From assembly GCA_946534145.1 (NCBI GenBank), contig CAMNCH010000001.1, positions 32,089-96,088 on the forward strand: 64,000 nucleotides of DNA, written 5' to 3'. The position numbers and the translations under genes were made by a program. How positions within the stretch are numbered: the stretch's first letter is position 1; every line of letters begins with the position of its first letter. The notes under the pieces are model-generated. The model was not told the DNA's origin. It searched no databases and saw only the letters and a program-made list of their open reading frames with translations. Shown one piece after another: positions 57,606 to 64,000 of this stretch. The DNA is from an uncultured Lachnospiraceae bacterium (GTDB lineage: Bacteria; Bacillota; Clostridia; Lachnospirales; Lachnospiraceae).

Positions 57606-58211
57606 ATGAACGAAGATTTTCAGAGAAGTTTTACTGCTCCCGCTTTGGAAGTTAAGGGAGAGAATGTAGTGCTCGGAACAGTGGGAGCATTGCTTGGAGC
57701 GCTTGTGGGCGCTGCACTTATTGCAATTTTGGCAAAAATCGGATATGTGGCATCCATCAGCGGTGTTGTTATGGCATATCTTTCACTTTTTCTTTATACC
57801 AAGTTTGCAGGTAAGCTTTCCGTCAAAGGTATTATTATCAGCATCGTAATTATGGTTATCACTGTATTTGTTACAGAGTGGCTGGTTTATTCTTTTGCAT
57901 TTTACAAAGAATTAAAGGAATATGGCTATACTTTGGGTGACATTGTCAAGGGCTTGCCCGACCTTCTGGATCTTGCTGATGCAAAGGGCGGCTTTGTAAA
58001 AGATGTTTTAATGGTTTACGCATTTACCGCTCTCGGTGCTGTCCCTCAGATTAAGAACTTTTCAGGTGGTAAGACAGCGGAAGCTATGAAGCCCGTTGAA
58101 CAGACTCTTGCTAACGGCAACACTATTCAGAACTCCACCGAGGAGATTGCTTCCGACCTTACAGATAAAGAAGCAGAACCCAAGAAGTTTGATTCCAATT
58201 TCTTTGGTTAA
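57606..58211 (+). CDS. Hypothetical membrane protein
   Basis: AGGAG RBS before ATG 57606; about four Gly/Ala-rich hydrophobic segments and an acidic C-tail. Confidence 0.75.
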   Translation: MNEDFQRSFTAPALEVKGENVVLGTVGALLGALVGAALIAILAKIGYVASISGVVMAYLSLFLYTKFAGKLSVKGIIISIVIMVITVFVTEWLVYSFAFYKELKEYGYTLGDIVKGLPDLLDLADAKGGFVKDVLMVYAFTALGAVPQIKNFSGGKTAEAMKPVEQTLANGNTIQNSTEEIASDLTDKEAEPKKFDSNFFG

Positions 58212-58235
58212 AATTTTGGTCGGTTCCGGGGCCGC

Positions 58236-58263
58236 TTGCATTTTTCTTTTGAAAGATTACAAT
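58236..58263 (+). promoter_or_regulatory. Candidate promoter of the TetR gene
   Basis: TTGCAT (58236-41), 16 bp, TACAAT (58258-63). Confidence 0.5.
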
Positions 58264-58283
58264 AAGGTCGAAGGGAAGTTGTT

Positions 58284-58841
58284 ATGGCCAATTTTACAAA
58301 AAAAGCGATTAAAGAATCCTTTGTCAAATTACTGAATGAGAAGCCTTTATCCAAGATAAGCGTTAAGGATATAGTGGAAGAGTGCGGCATAAACCGTAAT
58401 TCTTTTTACTATCACTTTCAGGATATTCCGGCGCTTTTGGAAGAGATTATTACGGAACAGGCTGAAGAACTTATCAACAGCTATCCGGAGATTGATTCTT
58501 TGGAAAAGGGCATGGAGGTTGCCACGGATTTTGCCATTAAGAACAAGATGGCGGTGTATCACATATACAATTCCGTAAACAGGGACATGTACGAGCAATA
58601 TACCATGCGCCTGTGCAGACATGTGGTGACGAGATACCTTGAGGTGGCCTTTAAGGACGCGGATGTGTCGCAGGATGACAAAGATGTAGCCATACGTCTT
58701 ATCTCCAGCAGTCTTTTCGGGCTGATTTACGACTGGCTTAATTCGGGCATGAACGAAGAGCGCCCGGCGGACATTAAGAGGGTTTGCGAGCTTTGTAAAG
58801 GTATTCCCGAGCTTATTATCGAAAGAAGTCATAACAATTAG
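58284..58841 (+). CDS. TetR/AcrR-family transcriptional regulator
   Basis: TKKAIKESFVKLL..KPLSKISVKDIVEECGINRNSFYYHFQDI. Confidence 0.93.
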   Translation: MANFTKKAIKESFVKLLNEKPLSKISVKDIVEECGINRNSFYYHFQDIPALLEEIITEQAEELINSYPEIDSLEKGMEVATDFAIKNKMAVYHIYNSVNRDMYEQYTMRLCRHVVTRYLEVAFKDADVSQDDKDVAIRLISSSLFGLIYDWLNSGMNEERPADIKRVCELCKGIPELIIERSHNN

Positions 58842-58879
58842 ACACTCAAGGGGTGTTTGCCTAAATTTCAGATACTTAT

Positions 58880-58917
58880 GAGCCTATGCTTAAATTTTAA
58901 GCATGGGCTCTTTTTTT
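58880..58917 (+). terminator. Intrinsic terminator after TetR
   Basis: GAGCCTATGCTTAA-ATT-TTAAGCATGGGCTC followed by T7. Confidence 0.85.
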
Positions 58918-58991
58918 GTCCATTTTGTGTAAAGGCTTTCGGTAGTATCTTGTCACTGTAAGAGATAGTTAAAGCTATTAAGGAGGCAGTT

Positions 58992-59597
58992 ATGGAAGCT
59001 TTAGAATCCGTAAGAAACATAGCACCCATGAAAACGGCCAAGACCGGATACATAGTTTTGTCCGCGGTTTTGTTTTTGCTTGGTTTGTTTCTTTTGATAT
59101 TTCCCAAAACTGGGGGTGAGGTTTTTGCCAATATCCTCGGCGCGGCAATGATTCTTTTCGGAATCATAAAAATAATAGGTTACTTTTCAAAGGACTTGTT
59201 CAGACTTGCGTTTCAATACGATCTGGCCTTCGGAATTCTAATTACGCTTTTGGGTATAGCAACCATAATAAGGCCGGATGACATAATCGAGTTTATGTGC
59301 ATCGTGGTGGGAATCCTGATTCTTGCCGACGGACTTTTCAAGGTTCAGATGTCCATGGACGCAAGGCAGTTCGGAATAGGAAAGTGGTGGCTGATCCTTT
59401 CTTTTGCCGTAATAGCCGGGGCAATCGGACTGCTTCTTATATTCAAGCCTGCGGAAGGAAGTCTCGTACTGATGAGACTTATCGGCGCGGCGCTTATGGC
59501 TGAGGGAGTTATGAATCTGGTGACGGTACTCACCGCTGTGAAAATTATTAAACATCAAAAGAAAGATGTTTTGGAAGGAGAGTTTAGAGAGCTATGA
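58992..59597 (+). CDS. HdeD/DUF308-family membrane protein
   Basis: About six TM segments in two repeats (LGLFLLIFP; GAIGLLLIFKP); AAGGAGG RBS. Confidence 0.85.
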   Translation: MEALESVRNIAPMKTAKTGYIVLSAVLFLLGLFLLIFPKTGGEVFANILGAAMILFGIIKIIGYFSKDLFRLAFQYDLAFGILITLLGIATIIRPDDIIEFMCIVVGILILADGLFKVQMSMDARQFGIGKWWLILSFAVIAGAIGLLLIFKPAEGSLVLMRLIGAALMAEGVMNLVTVLTAVKIIKHQKKDVLEGEFREL

Positions 59598-61669
59598 AAT
59601 TTGCAAAAGGTGTAGTCAAATCCCGTGTGATTATTCTGATTGCGGCAATTCTTTTGATGATACCGAGCTTGTACGGGATGCTTCACACAAGAATCAATTA
59701 CGACATGTTAACTTACCTGCCGAAGGACATGGATACGGTAAAAGGGCAGGATATTCTGATGGAGGATTTCGGTAAAGGCGCCTTTTCCTTTGTAGTGGTA
59801 GAAGGGATGGACAATAAATCGGTCAGCGCTCTTGCAGACAAAATAAGAGCCGTTGACCACGTGGAAACGGTGCTTTGGTACGATTCCTTCATGGATGTGG
59901 ATGTGCCCATGGAGATGCTTCCCGATAAGGTGTATGACCTGTTTAACAAGGGAGATTGCACAATGCTGGCGGTTTTCTTTGACAGTTCAACATCAGCGGA
60001 TGTGACCATGGAGGCTATCAAAGAAATCAGAAGCGTCTGCAACAAAGACTGCTTCGTATCCGGTATGTCGGCTCTGGTAACGGACCTTAAGGCTCTTTGT
60101 GAAAAAGAAGAGCCGGTTTACGTAGGAATCGCCGTGGTACTTGCGGCGTTGTCCATGATGATATTCTTAGACGGCTGGCTGGTTCCCTTTGTTTTCCTTG
60201 CAAGTATCGGTGTTGCGATTTTGTTTAACCTCGGTTCCAATTTCTTTCTCGGGGAGATGTCCTACATAACAAAGGCACTGTCCGCAGTATTGCAGCTGGC
60301 GGTTACCATGGACTACTCAATATTCCTGTGGGACTGCTACAACGAAAAGCTTGAGACCATTGAAGATCACAAAGAAGCCATGGCCCATGCCATCAAGGAT
60401 ACCCTTACATCCGTTGTGGGAAGCTCCGTTACCACAATCGCCGGCTTTATAGCCCTTTGCTTCATGAGCTTTACTCTGGGCGCCGACCTCGGCATCGTAA
60501 TGGCCAAAGGCGTGCTCCTCGGAGTTATCGGATGCGTAACCATTTTACCTTCCATGATTCTGGTACTCGACAAGCCTTTGCTTAAGACAAGGCACAAAGC
60601 AATTTTGCCTAAGCCCGTTAAACTGTCGGGTGCAATAGTAAAGATTTTCCCGGCGTTGCTGGTTGTATTTGTGGCTGTGGCAATTCCCGCATATTACGGT
60701 TATTCAAACACTCAAAAAGAAGTTTATTACGATATGGGCGCCTGCCTTCCTCAGGATATTGAGGTAGTTAAGGCCAATAAAAAACTTTCGGAAACCTTTA
60801 ACGTGGCTTCCACCCACATGCTTTTGACCGACGCAAGCCTTCCCGAAAAAGAAACCAGGGAAATGCTTGAAAAGATGGAAGAGGTGGACGGAATTCAAAA
60901 GGTAATCGGCATGGAGACCGTTGTGGGTTCCCTGGTTCCGGAGTCCGTGATTCCCGAAAAAGTAAGAGACATGCTTCAAAGCGAAAACTGGAAGCTGGTA
61001 CTTATTAACTCCGAATATGCTGTGGCAAGCGATGCGGTAAATGCCCAGATAGATGAAATAAACACAATTTTAAAGCAGTACGACAAAAAAGGCATGCTGA
61101 TAGGCGAAGCTCCCTGCATGAAGGACATGATAGAAACCACCGGTCACGATTTTGAAGTGGTCAACATCGTTTCCATTGCAGCCATCTTTGTCATCATCAT
61201 GATAGTTGAGAAGAGCATTTCCCTTCCCTTCATACTGATCAGTGTCATTGAACTTGCAATATTTATTAACCTGGGTCTTCCCCATTATCTGGGCCAGACA
61301 CTTCCGTTCATCGCACCTATCTGCATCAGTACCATTCAGCTTGGTGCAACCGTGGACTACGCAATACTTATGACCACGAGATACAAGAACGAAAGAAAGA
61401 ACGGCTGCGACAAAAAAGAAGCCGTACGCACGGCACTTTTAACATCAATAGGCTCCATCATCGTAAGCGGTATGGGACTGTTTGCGGCAACCTTCGGTGT
61501 AGCGATTTATTCAAACATCGACATCATCAGCTCCATGTGCATGCTGATGGCCAGGGGTGCCATAGTAAGTATGGTATGCGTAATCTTTATTTTGCCCGCA
61601 GTGTTACTGTTATTTGACGGACTTATAACCCATACCACACTCGGAATGAAAAAGAAGGAGGAAGCATAA
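59594..61669 (+). CDS. MMPL/RND-family transporter
   Basis: INYDMLTYLP, two halves, LQLAVTMDYSIFL and IQLGATVDYAIL; ATGA overlap. Confidence 0.92.
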   Translation: MKFAKGVVKSRVIILIAAILLMIPSLYGMLHTRINYDMLTYLPKDMDTVKGQDILMEDFGKGAFSFVVVEGMDNKSVSALADKIRAVDHVETVLWYDSFMDVDVPMEMLPDKVYDLFNKGDCTMLAVFFDSSTSADVTMEAIKEIRSVCNKDCFVSGMSALVTDLKALCEKEEPVYVGIAVVLAALSMMIFLDGWLVPFVFLASIGVAILFNLGSNFFLGEMSYITKALSAVLQLAVTMDYSIFLWDCYNEKLETIEDHKEAMAHAIKDTLTSVVGSSVTTIAGFIALCFMSFTLGADLGIVMAKGVLLGVIGCVTILPSMILVLDKPLLKTRHKAILPKPVKLSGAIVKIFPALLVVFVAVAIPAYYGYSNTQKEVYYDMGACLPQDIEVVKANKKLSETFNVASTHMLLTDASLPEKETREMLEKMEEVDGIQKVIGMETVVGSLVPESVIPEKVRDMLQSENWKLVLINSEYAVASDAVNAQIDEINTILKQYDKKGMLIGEAPCMKDMIETTGHDFEVVNIVSIAAIFVIIMIVEKSISLPFILISVIELAIFINLGLPHYLGQTLPFIAPICISTIQLGATVDYAILMTTRYKNERKNGCDKKEAVRTALLTSIGSIIVSGMGLFAATFGVAIYSNIDIISSMCMLMARGAIVSMVCVIFILPAVLLLFDGLITHTTLGMKKKEEA

Positions 61670-61671
61670 TC

Positions 61672-63702
61672 ATGAAAAAAACAGGAAAAAGACTGACTGC
61701 AGTAATGATCAGCCTTGCAGTTATACTCGGAAGCACAATCGGATGCTTCGCAGCACAGAAGGTGGGCGGGACCGAAGCAAAAGAAGCGGAGGGTTCCGTT
61801 GAAATCTTAAACGATACAGAAGCAGCGATTACGGCTGCGACAGAAGAAACCCAAAAAGAAGAAGCAACTGAAGAAGAAACCACCGACGATGAAGTGGTAT
61901 ATGTATTCACGGATTCAAAGGGCAATGTCAACAAAGTCATGGACAGCATCTGGATTTCCAAGGACGAAGACAAGACTCAGACCGGCAAAGATGCAGATCT
62001 TCCCATCGGCGTAAACCTTAAGTACTACCTTGACGGAAAGACGGTCGCTCCCGAAAACCTTCACGGCAAGAGCGGACACCTTAAGGTGGAAGTTCTTTTT
62101 ACCAACAACCGTTATGAGATGAAAACCATAAACGGCAAAGAAGAAAAGATTTATGTGCCTTTCCTGGCAAGCACGGTAACAGCTCTTGACGGCGAAAAGT
62201 ATTCAAACGTAACCGTATCAAACGGCCGTGTAATCAACGACGGCGCAAGATATGCGGTTGTGGGTATTTCCCTTCCGGGACTCAAAGAAGACCTTGATAT
62301 AAGCGGTAACGAAGTGGATATTCCCGAATCAATCACCATTGAAGCTGATGTTAAGGATTTTGATGAGTTTGGCATGTACCTTCTGGTTTCAAACAGCGTA
62401 TTCAGCAACCTCGACATCGATACCACCGAAAAGATGGATACTCTCAGAGAAGATTTAAATAAGATTGACGATGCCATGGAAGCTCTTATAAACGGTTCCG
62501 ACGAGCTCTACAGCGGTCTGGTAAAGCTTTCCGAGGGCACAGACAAGCTCAGTGCGGGCGTAAGCGAACTTTCAAGCGGCCTTCAGACTCTTGATGCCAA
62601 CTCTGCAGCTTTGGTAAACGGCAGCAAGCAGGTATTCGACACACTTCTTGCCACAGCATCACAGCAGCTTGCGGCATCGGGAATCAACGCAGGCACACTT
62701 ACCGTCGACAATTACGGCAAAGTTCTTTCAAGCGTTGTATCCGACGGATATGCAAAAAAGCTTGCTTACGGCAAGGTTGAGGCATCCGTAAAAGAAAACG
62801 AAGGCGTCATCCGCGACGCCGTTACCGACGCGGTTAAAGCAGAAGTTACAAATAAAGTCACTGAAACCGTTAAGGCCGGTGTGGAAGCAAAGGTTACGGA
62901 AGCAGTCAAAGCAGGAGTTACCGAGAAAGTCACAGCCGGTGTAAGAGAGTCCGTTGAGGCTAAGGTAACAGCAGGCGTGGCAGCGCAGTATGGTGTCAGC
63001 GCTGAAGACGCAAAAGCAAATCCTCAGATGTCAGCAGCCATCTCTCAGATGACAGACGCAGAAATGGCTTCCGATGAGGTTAAAGCTGTTATTGATGCAA
63101 AAGTTTCCGAGCAGATGGAATCCGATGAGGTTAAATCGATGATTTCCGCAAAAGTAGAAGAGCAGATGAACTCCGACGAAGTAAAAGCCTTAATAGCCCA
63201 GAACATCGCAGCACAGCTTGGCTCCGATCAGGTAAAGGGCATCATCGACGCAAAGACTGCAGAAACCGTTAACGCTAAGATTTCCGAGTACGAAGCCTCA
63301 AGCGATGTGCAGGCTCAGATTTCCGCAGCGGACAAAAAAATCCTTGATTTAAAGGCATCTCTCGATAACTACAACAAATACTATCAGGGCGTAATCGCCT
63401 ACACCGGCGGCGTAGGCAAGGCATCCGCAGGCGCCAAAAAGTTAAACGAATCCATGCCCGAACTTGTCAAAGGCATCGATGCTTTAAAGAACGGCGAAAA
63501 GAAACTTTCGGACGGCTTAAATCAGTTTAACGATGAAGGCGTCAGCAAACTAAACGACCTTGTTAACATCACCCTTGAAGGCATGGTAGAAAGATTCAAC
63601 ATCGTAAAAGAAGTTTCCTCCGACTACGCATCCTACGCGGGCGAGGAAGGCAACACCAATGACAGCGTAAGATTTATCTACAAAATAGCAACAGTAAAAT
63701 AA
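61672..63702 (+). CDS. Secreted or anchored long helical protein (YhgE/Pip N-terminal-like, xxxLxxG heptads) without C-terminal TM domain
   Basis: Signal-like N-terminus, EVVYVFTD, YYLDG.....L.GKSG, GSDELYSGLVKLSEG..KLSAG heptads, internal repeats, ends VRFIYKIATVK. Confidence 0.82.
   Translation: MKKTGKRLTAVMISLAVILGSTIGCFAAQKVGGTEAKEAEGSVEILNDTEAAITAATEETQKEEATEEETTDDEVVYVFTDSKGNVNKVMDSIWISKDEDKTQTGKDADLPIGVNLKYYLDGKTVAPENLHGKSGHLKVEVLFTNNRYEMKTINGKEEKIYVPFLASTVTALDGEKYSNVTVSNGRVINDGARYAVVGISLPGLKEDLDISGNEVDIPESITIEADVKDFDEFGMYLLVSNSVFSNLDIDTTEKMDTLREDLNKIDDAMEALINGSDELYSGLVKLSEGTDKLSAGVSELSSGLQTLDANSAALVNGSKQVFDTLLATASQQLAASGINAGTLTVDNYGKVLSSVVSDGYAKKLAYGKVEASVKENEGVIRDAVTDAVKAEVTNKVTETVKAGVEAKVTEAVKAGVTEKVTAGVRESVEAKVTAGVAAQYGVSAEDAKANPQMSAAISQMTDAEMASDEVKAVIDAKVSEQMESDEVKSMISAKVEEQMNSDEVKALIAQNIAAQLGSDQVKGIIDAKTAETVNAKISEYEASSDVQAQISAADKKILDLKASLDNYNKYYQGVIAYTGGVGKASAGAKKLNESMPELVKGIDALKNGEKKLSDGLNQFNDEGVSKLNDLVNITLEGMVERFNIVKEVSSDYASYAGEEGNTNDSVRFIYKIATVK
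62821..63261 (+). repeat. Protein repeat arrays: 4 x 12 aa (62821-62964) and 4 x 17 aa (63058-63261)
   Basis: VTDAVKAEVTNK / VTETVKAGVEAK / VTEAVKAGVTEK / VTAGVRESVEAK; AEMASDEVKAVIDAKVS / EQMESDEVKSMISAKVE / EQMNSDEVKALIAQNIA / AQLGSDQVKGIIDAKTA. Confidence 0.85.
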
Positions 63703-63727
63703 CTTATTCCTCTCTCTATTAAGTAAA

Positions 63728-63755
63728 GGGGCCGCGGGAAACCGCGGCTTCTTTT
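63728..63755 (+). terminator. Intrinsic terminator
   Basis: GGGGCCGCGG-GAAA-CCGCGGCTTC followed by TTTT. Confidence 0.85.
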
Positions 63756-63869
63756 GCGTTTTCGGCGGTTGTCATCAGATGCCGGTATTTGCTATACTGT
63801 CATTTAAGATATTGTCTGATGTACATGTATAAAAAATGGGAAAGGTTAATTGGGTAAAATATGGGTATT

Positions 63870-64000
63870 ATGAAAAAAGCAGGCATTATGCTTGCGGCGC
63901 TTATTGTGGCGCTTTCTTTGGGCTGCGGCGGTGTCAGAACTGTAAGCGAGCCGGCCGGAAAAGAAAGCGATGTGCCCGGCACGGTCTCAGTTTTTTCGGA
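63870..64000 (+). CDS. 5' part of a lipoprotein running off the window
   Basis: MKKAGIMLAALIVALSLGCGGVRTVSEPAGKESDVPGTVSVFS, lipobox SLGC, open to the window end; alternative in-frame ATG at 63861. Confidence 0.7.
   Translation, partial: MKKAGIMLAALIVALSLGCGGVRTVSEPAGKESDVPGTVSVFS

Noticed and set aside
61672-63702. Phage receptor Pip or type VII secretion EsaA
   Set aside because: Lacks the C-terminal multi-TM domain, and no T7SS (essC, esxA) or phage genes are nearby.
69-63982. Many 60-240 aa ORFs antisense to or nested within real genes (e.g. 22610-23218, 24186-24785, 29374-29904, 46620-47345, 52040-52609)
   Set aside because: They lie fully over well-supported genes, lack RBS and family motifs, and read like reverse-frame shadows of biased codon usage.

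Overview
64 kb of a Firmicute chromosome; gene content and protein style suggest a gut/rumen Clostridia, probably Lachnospiraceae (inference). Two conserved housekeeping blocks (pyrH-frr-uppS-cdsA-dxr-rseP-ispG-polC and rimP-nusA-ylxR-ylxQ-infB-rbfA-nrnA-truB-ribF') are separated and flanked by accessory modules. These modules are: two tandem giant solute-binding lipoproteins, a BMP/Nup-type nucleoside ABC importer, a kinase-dead sensor-Hpt protein with a tandem-receiver partner, chorismate mutase plus a variant GH95, a deacetylase-bactofilin pair, a BceRS-BceAB-type module with its operator, tRNA-Glu(CTC), an ECF transporter, an unannotated 49-aa ORF, a 140-bp MITE-like palindrome, a VTC/DUF4956/Cthe_2159 operon under OmpR-type repeats, a hexSDF-like aminoglycolipid operon, a Na/Pi cotransporter, PepO, a heterodimeric ABC exporter, and a TetR-HdeD-MMPL-helical stalk cluster. 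No CRISPR array, transposase, integrase, prophage or rRNA was seen. Best candidates for something undescribed: the bacterial VTC operon, the hexSDF-like operon and its regulation, the His-less kinase/Hpt relay, the MMPL-stalk system, the MITE-like element and the kinase-less RibF. All family assignments come from motif recognition by eye; no database search was run.
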